DNA of 64,000 nt from a virus: IMG/VR virus record IMGVR_UViG_3300032322_001107, positions 8,850-72,849 of that record. One strand, given 5' to 3'. The notes beneath the pieces are model-generated. The model was not told the origin of the DNA and did no database searches. It saw nothing but the letters and a program-made list of their open reading frames with translations. The position numbers and the translations under genes were made by a program. This document shows, one piece after another, positions 27,737 to 36,298 of this stretch. The stretch's first letter is position 1; every line of letters begins with the position of its first letter.

Positions 27737-28033
27737 CTATTGTTCATTTGGTATGCAATTGTCATCTTCCAAGAAGATTGGGGTAGCGTCTCCGACATTG
27801 GCTCCAGCCACGTTGTAGTCGAAGTATTCTAGGGCTTGTTCTTCGTCCATGCCTTGGTCTATGAAGCATTGGATGGCTTTGGATTTGGAGTAGATGGCCA
27901 CTGGGGAGTAGTTTAGGTAGCCTATTCCCATAAAGGCTTCTTCTAGGCCGTCTGCGAATAAGGCGCTCTCTCCCCTTTCTTTTAGGAGCTTGTCTGCTTC
28001 TACTGTGGTCATGATTTGCGGGATTAAGGACAT
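27737..28033 (-). CDS. Conserved phage protein
   Basis: FADGLEEAFMG...ALEYFDYNVAGA.VG..TPIF, a widespread phage family. Confidence 0.7.
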   Translation of the reverse strand: MSLIPQIMTTVEADKLLKERGESALFADGLEEAFMGIGYLNYSPVAIYSKSKAIQCFIDQGMDEEQALEYFDYNVAGANVGDATPIFLEDDNCIPNEQ

Positions 28034-28215
28034 GATTCGGGGTTTTGGGTAGCCGCTATGGCCAATTGGCGGAAGTCTTTGAGGAGGCGGTCTAGCTCTT
28101 CCAGTATCTTACTATCAGAGGAGGTTATCTGTAGGGGCCAGTCGGCGGTTTCCCCGCTGTTGCTTCGTATGAAGTCGTGGAGGGCTATTGCTGCTTCTAG
28201 TGCTTTGTGGTTCAT
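28024..28215 (-). CDS. Hypothetical protein
   Basis: Overlap-coupled ORF. Confidence 0.5.
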   Translation of the reverse strand: MNHKALEAAIALHDFIRSNSGETADWPLQITSSDSKILEELDRLLKDFRQLAIAATQNPESCP

Positions 28216-28469
28216 TCTGATTCGGGGTTGGTCTCAATCGGGCCCAAGGATACAGGTTGTTTGAGCATAAAAGGCCTCTGGTGGGACTTTCTGCTGCTTG
28301 GCTTGCGACGATAGCCAACGAGGCACAAAGTCTCTCCTATGGCGTTGTAGATGGGAAGTAGCCTACCGTCTTTGAGCAGCTTATTGATCTTTGGGTTCAC
28401 GTTTCGGGGTTTTGGGGTATGGATTGCTGGGTTGCGGTCTTGCTTGACACCTATTTGTTTTGCTCGCAT
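28212..28469 (-). CDS. Hypothetical basic protein
   Basis: ATG at 28469 (MRAKQIG...). Confidence 0.5.
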   Translation of the reverse strand: MRAKQIGVKQDRNPAIHTPKPRNVNPKINKLLKDGRLLPIYNAIGETLCLVGYRRKPSSRKSHQRPFMLKQPVSLGPIETNPESE

Positions 28470-28539
28470 AAATAAAATCGTAGTTGTCCCGATACTTCGG
28501 CCCATCCACTTTCCTTGGTTTATCTCCCTTACCAGCCAT

Positions 28540-28737
28540 CTAAAACTCCAGTGGGTCAATAACCCAGCCTAGTTGGGGATGGCGGTCTATGATTCGGCGT
28601 TGTAGCCCCTTAACGAAGTCTTCTCCTGACTCCTTGATGTCGCTATCCAGCCAGTCGCGAGTGGATTCCAACAGTGTTCTTAACGTGGATTCGGCGTGGG
28701 CTAGATCGTCGTTAAGCTGTGTAATTGTATTATTCAT
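28540..28737 (-). CDS. Hypothetical protein
   Basis: 65-aa helical ORF. Confidence 0.5.
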   Translation of the reverse strand: MNNTITQLNDDLAHAESTLRTLLESTRDWLDSDIKESGEDFVKGLQRRIIDRHPQLGWVIDPLEF

Positions 28738-28808
28738 GTGAGAGGTTGGGGCGGGAGATAGGTCGAATTACCCCCCACCCCGTTGTCGGCGCAAACCAAA
28801 CGACAAAT

Positions 28809-29021
28809 TTAGAATGCCTCGTCTACTTCCTCTTCCTTCTTGTAAGGAGGAGAGAACTTAAGGCTGACGTAGTCCACTCCCTTTTGGGACTTCTGTTTCC
28901 AGCCCGCAACGTCGAGGAGGACTCCATTGACCATCACCTTACCCTTGTGGGTCGGGGCTTTGGGGTTATCACTTTTGTTCGGGAACAATGCTCCCGAATT
29001 ATCTTTTTGTTGGTTATTCAT
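28809..29021 (-). CDS. Small ssDNA-binding-like protein (DUF736-like)
   Basis: NSGALFPN...PTHKG...AGWKQKS..G.DYVSL with an acidic/aromatic tail (EVDEAF). Confidence 0.7.
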   Translation of the reverse strand: MNNQQKDNSGALFPNKSDNPKAPTHKGKVMVNGVLLDVAGWKQKSQKGVDYVSLKFSPPYKKEEEVDEAF

Positions 29022-29028
29022 AGTTATT

Positions 29029-29526
29029 TTATTTCTTTATTATCTCTTCACTAATGGCCAGTAGGTCTACTGTAGGTACTACGGTCATCAGATCTTGTCT
29101 ACCAGTTCTCTGGTAAAGTTTATAGACCTCTGGTTCGGCGCTGCGTTCATCTTTTTCTGTCAGCCCTTCGATGTAGGGCATGAGGGAACGTCTGTTAACG
29201 ACGATCCAGTAGCGTCTGGTTTCAAAGACGATATAGTCGGCCTCTCCATAGAGCCATCCCAGTTCTCCGTGGACGTTGCGGAGTTCGACGTAATGCATGC
29301 GGTCTGTGGGTTCGGGATTTTCCCGCTTCCACTTCTTCATCGCCTTAACATCGTAACGCTTACCGTCTGACTCCACATCCCAATGTTCTTTCATGTCCTG
29401 TTCAGGAGTTGAGAATGTAGGATTGTTTAGCAGTTCGGCAAAGCGTTGTTCGGCTTTTTGCCCGATTTCATAGCATGATTGGGTTGTTTCATAGCATGAC
29501 GGGGTTGTTTCGCAGTATGTATTCAT
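29029..29526 (-). CDS. PD-(D/E)XK family nuclease
   Basis: GQKAEQRF, HWDV...YDVK, YVELRNV.G..GWLYG. Confidence 0.7.
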   Translation of the reverse strand: MNTYCETTPSCYETTQSCYEIGQKAEQRFAELLNNPTFSTPEQDMKEHWDVESDGKRYDVKAMKKWKRENPEPTDRMHYVELRNVHGELGWLYGEADYIVFETRRYWIVVNRRSLMPYIEGLTEKDERSAEPEVYKLYQRTGRQDLMTVVPTVDLLAISEEIIKK

Positions 29527-29533
29527 AGAAGGT

Positions 29534-29740
29534 TTAGACGCTGTAGTTTTGGAAACGTTCAAAGTTTATTGCCATACACCGCATGGCCTTTCCATCATTC
29601 CCCACATCCTTGGCCCAGACAGCATTATCGCTCACCACCCCGTATTCTTGGAGGAAGTTCATTACTTTAACTTCGTCCTCAGATCGGGTTTTGATCCACC
29701 TCTCTAGCTTATTCCCAGTATAGGAGGGCATAGATACCAT
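29534..29740 (-). CDS. Hypothetical protein
   Basis: VMNFLQEYGVVSDNAVWAKDV pattern. Confidence 0.55.
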   Translation of the reverse strand: MVSMPSYTGNKLERWIKTRSEDEVKVMNFLQEYGVVSDNAVWAKDVGNDGKAMRCMAINFERFQNYSV

Positions 29741-30002
29741 AGGAGAATGTTCCCCAAAAGATAATGGCTAGGACGGATGCTGCGACTATTGTGGTTAGCT
29801 TCATTGTGGTTTGATTCGGTCTTTGATGACCTTGAGGGCTACAATAAGCATAGCCCCCCAGAAAACAATAGCTACAAATGAGTCAACCATTGAGATAATT
29901 AGTCAACCATCAGTCAAGATGCTTGCCTGTGATTTTCCACCAGCCGATAAACAAACAGGCCAGCATTGCGTAGATAGATCCTATAGCTTCCATAAAATAA
30001 AT

Positions 30003-30029
30003 AGGGAGGAGGCTAATTGCCCCCTCCCT
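30003..30029. terminator. Intrinsic terminator, possibly bidirectional
   Basis: AGGGAGGAGGC-TAATT-GCCCCCTCCCT, flanked by an A-rich tract on the left and a T-rich tract on the right. Confidence 0.75.
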
Positions 30030-30055
30030 TTGTTTCTGTAGTTTGAACCCGTTGT

Positions 30056-30196
30056 CTACAGAAAGAGATACGCAAACCAGCGGCACAACCCGAAACAGTT
30101 GGGTTTATCCTGCTTCGTTTTGAGTCGCGGGGCGTAGCCAATCCCCCCATAAGGGCCGTAGACAATACCGAATTCATTAGTGTAGTAGTTATTCAA
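30056..30196 (-). CDS. 46-aa peptide with perfect SD (type I toxin-like)
   Basis: AAAGGAGGTG upstream of TTG. MNNYYTNEFGIVYGPYGGIGYAPRLKTKQDKPNCFGLCRWFAYLFL. Own promoter and terminator. Confidence 0.5.
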   Translation of the reverse strand: MNNYYTNEFGIVYGPYGGIGYAPRLKTKQDKPNCFGLCRWFAYLFL

Positions 30197-30247
30197 TTCC
30201 TTTCCACCTCCTTTCTGTAAAAGAACGAAGCTGGAATTATGCCAGAA

Positions 30248-30406
30248 TTACTTGGTTCCGTAAAGCGTTACCCAAAGCAATCCCCATTGGGAGAAACAAT
30301 ATCCTCCCCAGACAACTGACAGGGCGTAGTTTCCGCGCACAGCTTGCTCTAGAGAGACAATACCATAGCAGATACCTACCGCCCCAATCAGCCAGATGCT
30401 AGTCAT
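30248..30406 (-). CDS. Small two-helix membrane protein
   Basis: MTSIWLIGAVGICYGIVSLEQAVRGNYALSVVWGGYCFSQWGLLWV..., 52 aa; ATG overlaps the upstream stop. Confidence 0.6.
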   Translation of the reverse strand: MTSIWLIGAVGICYGIVSLEQAVRGNYALSVVWGGYCFSQWGLLWVTLYGTK

Positions 30407-30654
30407 TCAGAAGACTCTTCTTTGACTTCTTCTTGTTTCGTCGTGGTGGATTCCTTGAGAGACTTGAGGACTTCTTCCATGCCATCATAGGTAAGAAGAA
30501 CGTCCACAGGATCAGAGTCTTTGCGCTCTCCTTGGATCATCACGATGTTATCGGTGCCGCCGTTAAGCAGTGTGTAGTCCTTGGCCACATAGGCGCTGTT
30601 CACGCGATTAGTAAGCACTTCGGACGGGTCTTGTTGTTTGGTTTCTTCACTCAT
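30403..30654 (-). CDS. Hypothetical protein
   Basis: Overlap-coupled ORF. Confidence 0.55.
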   Translation of the reverse strand: MSEETKQQDPSEVLTNRVNSAYVAKDYTLLNGGTDNIVMIQGERKDSDPVDVLLTYDGMEEVLKSLKESTTTKQEEVKEESSE

Positions 30655-30872
30655 AGATTTATTTGGTAGTCTTCGCTGAATCGGACGAATAGATTTCCGT
30701 CCATGTACATATGGTCGAGGTGGACTGGCTCTTTGTCAACCCGCCAAAGAAACATTGCCTTTCCTTCTCCGACTCGTTCGGTTGTGATGTAGCCTTCGTA
30801 GTCATGTTCAAACTGCGAACACTCTTTCCAGCCACTGACCATTTCAAAGACTTTGGATAGTCCTTCGCTCAT
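30651..30872 (-). CDS. Hypothetical protein
   Basis: ATG at 30872 (MSEGLSK...). Confidence 0.5.
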   Translation of the reverse strand: MSEGLSKVFEMVSGWKECSQFEHDYEGYITTERVGEGKAMFLWRVDKEPVHLDHMYMDGNLFVRFSEDYQINL

Positions 30873-30906
30873 AATTTGGTTAATAGAGACGAGGATTCGG
30901 GGGATG

Positions 30907-31353
30907 TCAAGAGAAAATAACGCGAACCTCAGCTTCGTCAAACATCTGGAGAGCGGCTTTGAAGGAGTCGGCCCAACGCTCGTAGCTATCAAGATGGGCG
31001 TTGAATGGGCAATACACATCTTTAATTCCAGACTGAATAATAGACGCCGCACAATGGGCACATGGCTGGAATGGCCAGACAAAGAGAGAGTAGCCTTTAA
31101 GTGGTTCTTTAGCAGACAAGATGGCGTTCATCTCGGCGTGGATTGTGTAGAGAAGTTTGATGTCCCGATTTACAATCCGCTCATGGCAATCCTCTACTCC
31201 TCTAGGAAATCCATTGAATCCCACAGATGCTATGGTTCGGTCTGGTCGGACGATGACCGCGCCCACTCTGCTGCTGGAATCTTTGCTCCATGTGGAGACT
31301 TCTTCAGCTAACTTGATAAACCGCGCAACCCACTTGTCTTCAATTGTTTTCAT
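30907..31353 (-). CDS. dCMP deaminase
   Basis: SKD...VGAVIV, GFNGFPRG, HAEMNA and PCAHC zinc motifs. Confidence 0.92.
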   Translation of the reverse strand: MKTIEDKWVARFIKLAEEVSTWSKDSSSRVGAVIVRPDRTIASVGFNGFPRGVEDCHERIVNRDIKLLYTIHAEMNAILSAKEPLKGYSLFVWPFQPCAHCAASIIQSGIKDVYCPFNAHLDSYERWADSFKAALQMFDEAEVRVIFS

Positions 31354-31603
31354 CAACTTGGAATCCTTTGCTTTCTAGCTTCTTAACCATAGAAGAAATC
31401 ATAGTGGACTTGAGCTTGCGTTCGTAAGCTTCTTTACTTCTCCACATCTTAACTTCCGAAATTAGTAGATCAATTGAGATAATCGGGCTTTCTCCCTCAA
31501 AGGTCTGATATTCAGCAAGTAGTTGCTTGATTTCATCAATCTGCGAGCAGGAAGGGCACGGTATGTAGTCTTTTCCATTACTTCCGTTGAGTAGGTCAAT
31601 CAT
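31340..31603 (-). CDS. Hypothetical protein (CxxC)
   Basis: Overlap-coupled ORF. Confidence 0.5.
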   Translation of the reverse strand: MIDLLNGSNGKDYIPCPSCSQIDEIKQLLAEYQTFEGESPIISIDLLISEVKMWRSKEAYERKLKSTMISSMVKKLESKGFQVDENN

Positions 31604-32174
31604 AGTATGGATCTGTTAATTTGGCTGGGGGGAACAGCGCAGTCTTTAGGGGGATGATTTTTTCGGGCATCAGGCTCCAGATGCGGGTGGTTTCGTAGCT
31701 CTTCTTGCACCACTTGCGATTGTTGAACATCCAGTGATAGCCCAAGATGTAGGCGTTAGCCATCTGGGCATAGCGTTTAAGATCTACGGGTAGTTTATTG
31801 CGGGCAAGCTTCCGCACAGACCTTTTCTCGCAATCCCACTCCAGTTCAACAACGAGTCGGATATACTTATCCACATATTCTACTTTTTTGCCAGCAAGCC
31901 ATTCATCCAACTTTCCAAGGGCGTCCTCCCTGACATCGTGCCACTTGGGTCTTTGGAGTTGCTGGTCTAGGTGACAGGTCTCATGGACAAAGACATCAAG
32001 CCATGTAGATAGCGGGCGTTTGGTGGCTATGCGTAACTCTTTGTCATCCGCCCACCCTACAGAGGTGGCTTTGCCCGTGATGAGGTATTTCTGGGGAACA
32101 AACGAAAGTTTGAACTGGCGGTATTTAAGGATGGCCCGCCCTAGAAAGTTGATTGTCGCCTGATCCATCGTCAC
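31596..32174 (-). CDS. HExxH metallopeptidase-like protein
   Basis: FVHETCHLDQ with a downstream ELEWDCE. Confidence 0.6.
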   Translation of the reverse strand: MTMDQATINFLGRAILKYRQFKLSFVPQKYLITGKATSVGWADDKELRIATKRPLSTWLDVFVHETCHLDQQLQRPKWHDVREDALGKLDEWLAGKKVEYVDKYIRLVVELEWDCEKRSVRKLARNKLPVDLKRYAQMANAYILGYHWMFNNRKWCKKSYETTRIWSLMPEKIIPLKTALFPPAKLTDPYYD

Positions 32175-32359
32175 TCTTCTTCGACATCGGTTTCATCAAT
32201 TTGTTCAAATAGCTTTCTGATAGGATTGTCGCAAAAGCCTTCTTCTTGTTCTGGAAATGGCATCAGAACCCCCGTGTCATCGTAGGCGACTTTTAGATCA
32301 GCATCGAATTGGCTCTGGTTCATTTGCCCTATACTACTGGCTTCTGTCCCAAACTTCAA
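32171..32359 (-). CDS. Hypothetical acidic protein
   Basis: ORF in the operon; start uncertain. Confidence 0.45.
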   Translation of the reverse strand: MKFGTEASSIGQMNQSQFDADLKVAYDDTGVLMPFPEQEEGFCDNPIRKLFEQIDETDVEEE

Positions 32360-32726
32360 TTATGGTTTTCTCTTCTTCGCCTTTTTTCGCTTTCCTTTGC
32401 GTGACTTTGAGTTCGATCTGGTCTTCTGTATCGTCAGGGATTGCCCCGCAGTAGCGTAAAAAATCGCAATAAAATTTCGCACCACCATAGAGATTGTCGG
32501 TGTCGAGGAGTCGATTTTTTCGGACGCTTTCAATGCAGACAAGCAGGCGGCTTGGATCTCCTTCTTTTCCCTCAACCTCTGAAAGTGGTTCATCGAAAAG
32601 AGGCGGTTGAGTGACGGCAGGCGGTGCCTTACGTTTAGTCTTAGCACTAGCCTTTTGTTTGATGATGTCTCTTCGTTCATAGACTCCTTTACTTACTTCC
32701 ACATAGCCCGCTGGTAGTTCCTTCAT
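32334..32726 (-). CDS. RusA-like Holliday junction resolvase
   Basis: LDTDNL...K...D.L...G.I.DD catalytic pattern. Confidence 0.75.
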   Translation of the reverse strand: MKELPAGYVEVSKGVYERRDIIKQKASAKTKRKAPPAVTQPPLFDEPLSEVEGKEGDPSRLLVCIESVRKNRLLDTDNLYGGAKFYCDFLRYCGAIPDDTEDQIELKVTQRKAKKGEEEKTIIEVWDRSQ

Positions 32727-32898
32727 TGCTCAAGCAATACTTCCTCTTTAAGCTTTTCGGCTTCGGGGTCGGGGGCGATGCACATCATCAGTGCTTGGCG
32801 GGCTTTTTCCAGTTGTCTTTCTTTTAGTTCCAGTAACGCCTCCATAGTCATCATTGGAGCCTCTTGTTTGAGATAGGCTGGATAAATTCGTCCCACTG

Positions 32899-33228
32899 TC
32901 ATTTGATGATTCCTTCTTCACGGGCAATGGCCTCAATCTGACTCACATACTCGCGGGTACAATTGAATTGTTCGGCAACGGCAGTAAAGTTCATTTCGGG
33001 ATTGGCCATGAGATGGCCCAACACCTTGAACGCCCTTCCCCCGTTGGACAGACGCCTCTTGGTGGTTTTCTTCCGCCTCGCCCGAATGCCAGTCCGCTTC
33101 AACGCCGAAGCCATGGCATGGTAGCTTGATCCGTGTTTTACGGCCAGTTCGCCAATGGTGATTTCGGGGTTTTCTTGAATTTCAGTAGGTAGAATGGTTG
33201 TATCGATCATATGATTATATATTGACAC
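32899..33228 (-). CDS. Helix-turn-helix DNA-binding protein (two HTHs)
   Basis: TIGELAVKHG and FTAVAEQFNCTREYVSQI. Confidence 0.7.
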   Translation of the reverse strand: MSIYNHMIDTTILPTEIQENPEITIGELAVKHGSSYHAMASALKRTGIRARRKKTTKRRLSNGGRAFKVLGHLMANPEMNFTAVAEQFNCTREYVSQIEAIAREEGIIK

Positions 33229-33262
33229 TTAAACCTAGCTGTTGTTCAATATACGTCAAATA

Positions 33263-33793
33263 TTATCGGCGCTTCTTTTGGGCGCGGATATTCTTTCCAG
33301 CCAAGGCTTGCTGGTAAGCTTCTTCGGTAATGACTCGGCCTCGGAGCTTAAATACCCAATTACGTTGGCGCGTAAAACTCCAACTTAGTCCCAAGGCTTT
33401 GAGGGTTGCCGCTGTCATTCCACCTTTAATTTTGAGGCTTTCAATAATCTTGGAGTCAATAACTCTGGTAGATGTAAGCTTGTCCCGCCTGTTTGGCTCC
33501 ACGGGATCAACCATGGGTTCGGGCTTTGGTCTGGAAATCTTCCGTTGAAACTTGCGGGACTCCTCGCGTTCCACAGCGTGGAAGTTCTTGTGGCACTTTT
33601 TACAGAGACAAATCAAGTCATCAAGGTGGTTTAGCTCATCTCCCTTATGCTCGTAAGTTCGATGGTGTGCCTGCAAATCTAGGGGGCTGTTACAGAGTTG
33701 ACAGCGGAATCCTGCTCGCTTTTTGACGGCCCTACTCACCTCTCGCCAGTAAGGAGTTGTAAGGTAGGCTTGGTATTGAAATTTCGTTATCAT
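33263..33793 (-). CDS. HNH endonuclease
   Basis: YLTTPYW, CQLC, HHRTY, LCKKCH. Confidence 0.85.
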   Translation of the reverse strand: MITKFQYQAYLTTPYWREVSRAVKKRAGFRCQLCNSPLDLQAHHRTYEHKGDELNHLDDLICLCKKCHKNFHAVEREESRKFQRKISRPKPEPMVDPVEPNRRDKLTSTRVIDSKIIESLKIKGGMTAATLKALGLSWSFTRQRNWVFKLRGRVITEEAYQQALAGKNIRAQKKRR

Positions 33794-33862
33794 CGCGGAA
33801 CCCTTGCGCTGCGCGGCTTATCGGTTCGGTCAGTAACTGGATTATTTCGAGATTTCATCCGA

Positions 33863-34384
33863 TTACCACAATCCCCGAATTTCTCCCTGATACTCTTCCT
33901 CGTCCCCATAACCTGATACAATATTCTCATCATATATTGTATTCTGTATATTGGTATTCTCTGATATTGGTGTTATAATGTGGTCGAAGTTTCCCGTGGA
34001 CGGAATTTCCCGTGCGCTAGAAACCTTGACCACGGAAAGAGGGGAACGCCAATTTGTGCGATTGCTACGCTGATCTTCCGCAACTGGTGCATCATAAAAT
34101 GTCCAAGTATTGCAGAATCCTCCCTTACCCCCGCCAGAAAGCTCATACTTTACATAGCCAAGACTTTCCAATTCCCGAAAGTAGGTCTTGACCCTGTTGG
34201 CCCCGTCTGTGGTGTTGTTTACAAAGTAAGCCCGATTTGCCACCCACTCATCGGCGTTGGATAGCACCATAGCCAGCAAACCTCTCGCCCCAAATGACAA
34301 CTTCTTATCTCTTACGAGATCGTTTGATAGCTGGACAAATCCGCCCCTAGTTACCCGCTTATAGACTGTTTGATTCTTTTTCAT
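33863..34384 (-). CDS. Phage replication initiator / replisome organizer (wHTH)
   Basis: FVQLSNDLVRDKKLSFGARGLLAMVLS...ELESLGYV; contains internal iteron-like repeats. Confidence 0.75.
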   Translation of the reverse strand: MKKNQTVYKRVTRGGFVQLSNDLVRDKKLSFGARGLLAMVLSNADEWVANRAYFVNNTTDGANRVKTYFRELESLGYVKYELSGGGKGGFCNTWTFYDAPVAEDQRSNRTNWRSPLSVVKVSSAREIPSTGNFDHIITPISENTNIQNTIYDENIVSGYGDEEEYQGEIRGLW

Positions 34385-34399
34385 AGCAATAAATAAAAT

Positions 34400-34546
34400 T
34401 GCCACTCAAATGACGGGGCGTGGGATGATTGAGAACCCGACAATGAAACAAGCAAGTTACTCCCTCACCCCGCCACTTGAATGGCAGATTAATATTTATT
34501 GTTATTTCTTGTTTCATACTCAATCGTCTGGGTTCTCACGTCAGAC
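34400..34546 (-). ncRNA. Structured leader / antisense RNA switch upstream of the replication initiator
   Basis: 26-bp stem (34400-34425 with 34461-34486). Its loop is complementary to 34508-34517 and 34530-34538. Confidence 0.65.
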
Positions 34547-34739
34547 TGTTGTAACTTCTCACAAAGGGTCAGACATGGCAAGTTCAAAAACGCTCAAAAA
34601 AACATTGAACGCCCCGAAGGGGCCATGGTCTATGTCTATATGAATACTTTTGGAGGCGGGGAGACTCGGCATGAAAATGCGAAGGCTTCAAAGATCGGGG
34701 GGTCAATGAAGTTGCGCCACCCCGTTTCCAATCTCTTTT

Positions 34740-35093
34740 ATGAACAGACAAGAAGCAATACAACTACAGATCGATGAAATCATGGATAGTTTTGACTTCC
34801 AATCAGCCATGAGGGTATTGGAGGTCTACAAGTCCATGGAGCGGGGTTATCCCAAAGACTGGTTCCTAGACGATGAGCCGTTTGAGCCTGCTATTCGGGC
34901 AGCAGCCCGCGAGTGCATGAAGGCGGCGGTCAAGCATAGTTATGCTGGTCATAGCTATTTTGAGTCCCGCTTTGAAGAGGGAGAAGACGATGACGGCCCA
35001 TGGGTCAGGATTTTCTTCAACTTCGGAGATCATAGCCACAATGACGGAGTATCTTATGAAAAAACTGCTACTACTACCACTGTTACTGAGTAA
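34740..35093 (+). CDS. Hypothetical protein
   Basis: IDEIMDSFDF pattern, common in phages. Confidence 0.6.
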   Translation: MNRQEAIQLQIDEIMDSFDFQSAMRVLEVYKSMERGYPKDWFLDDEPFEPAIRAAARECMKAAVKHSYAGHSYFESRFEEGEDDDGPWVRIFFNFGDHSHNDGVSYEKTATTTTVTE

Positions 35094-35337
35094 TACCCTT
35101 GCCCAAGATGGATCGTTTAATGGAACGGTTTATGACTTGGATTCGGGGCGGATACAGGTCATTAGTGGGTCTGTGGATATCAAGCCAAAGGAGGATACAT
35201 ATCTTTCTACCCTTCGTCGCATCAATGCGGAGTTGGCGGAATCAAACGCTCGTATGAGTGCGGAGATTACAGCCAACAATCAACTTTATGAACTGCGCGA
35301 GCAGACAAGGCTCCTGCGTAAAATTGCCGACCAATGA
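35056..35337 (+). CDS. Putative secreted protein
   Basis: Signal peptide MKKLLLLPLLLSNTLA|Q. Confidence 0.6.
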   Translation: MKKLLLLPLLLSNTLAQDGSFNGTVYDLDSGRIQVISGSVDIKPKEDTYLSTLRRINAELAESNARMSAEITANNQLYELREQTRLLRKIADQ

Positions 35338-35981
35338 GTAACTATCTCAACGTCAATATCCCCACCTTCTTTGCTTTTGTAGATGAGGGATTCTTTTACG
35401 ATCTTGAACCATGTGTCAGCAGGGAGAGACAACTAGTCGAGGTATTTGCCTTCACCTCCATCCCCCAACGGTGTGGGTTGTTTAGCGTGATGACAGAATA
35501 CGGAAGCCAGCATGCCCGTGTCCCGATCCATTACCTTCATACTGATGAGACTGGAGGCACATCTTACCCCTTGGACTGGATACAACTCTGGGACTCCATG
35601 AGCTACTATTGTAGTGTTACGATGCATGATTATTGCAAAAACCGTGCAGCAAACATCATGTTGAAGAACAAAATCTTTGAAAAAGGGAAATACATGTTCA
35701 CGCTGGACTGGTGTTTCGGCCCCCACTATACCTCTGGCTACGGCGAGATGGCGGCTGGGCATAAGTGCGGTCATGTGTTTGCGGGCGATGGGCAATACTT
35801 TATCCAGCCCAACAATCGTGTGCTGTGGATGGACGGGGGATCGTTCATTGCCAAGAAGTTTCCACAAAAGCCCGATTGGAAGGTATTTAGCCAAGAATTT
35901 AGCTGCGAAAGCACAGGAAGCCGCTGGGTTAGCGAAAGCGAGGAGGAGCTATGGTTTTACGACTTCAAAGAGCAGGGATAG
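35334..35981 (+). CDS. Conserved phage protein
   Basis: LNVNIP, QLWD, YMFTLD, HKCGH and QPNNR motifs. Confidence 0.7.
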   Translation: MSNYLNVNIPTFFAFVDEGFFYDLEPCVSRERQLVEVFAFTSIPQRCGLFSVMTEYGSQHARVPIHYLHTDETGGTSYPLDWIQLWDSMSYYCSVTMHDYCKNRAANIMLKNKIFEKGKYMFTLDWCFGPHYTSGYGEMAAGHKCGHVFAGDGQYFIQPNNRVLWMDGGSFIAKKFPQKPDWKVFSQEFSCESTGSRWVSESEEELWFYDFKEQG

Positions 35982-36241
35982 TAATTGCACTACTTATTAC
36001 AAGTGGTTGTGTTTCCTATCCACCCCGCCCCTATCCTTGGAACTTCCCCCCAGAGCATGAGTGGAACGCTCCCTTGGAGACTAGCTGGGTTAATGCCATT
36101 GATACCTTCCGCAACTGGACGGCACCGAAAGGTAAGATTTGGAACCCGCTTATTCGGGAGTATGAGCCTGACTTTGGCTATGAGATTGAGCTTCTGAAGG
36201 CTTTTCCGCCAGATACTGAGGAACATGAACTGTATCAATAA
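35951..36241 (+). CDS. Putative lipoprotein
   Basis: Hydrophobic stretch followed by a lipobox-like ITSG|C. Confidence 0.5.
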   Translation: MVLRLQRAGIVIALLITSGCVSYPPRPYPWNFPPEHEWNAPLETSWVNAIDTFRNWTAPKGKIWNPLIREYEPDFGYEIELLKAFPPDTEEHELYQ

Positions 36242-36250
36242 TCCAACCTT

Positions 36251-36275
36251 GCTAACGGGCTTCGCGCCCGTTAGC
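36251..36275. terminator. Hairpin between convergent genes
   Basis: GCTAACGGGC-TTCGC-GCCCGTTAGC, a perfect 10-bp stem. Confidence 0.65.
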
Positions 36276-36298
36276 GTGGCAAAAATCATGGCAGGCTA

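Noticed and set aside
28740-28800. Possible tRNA
   Set aside because: It forms only a single hairpin; no cloverleaf or proper T-arm/acceptor stem could be built.
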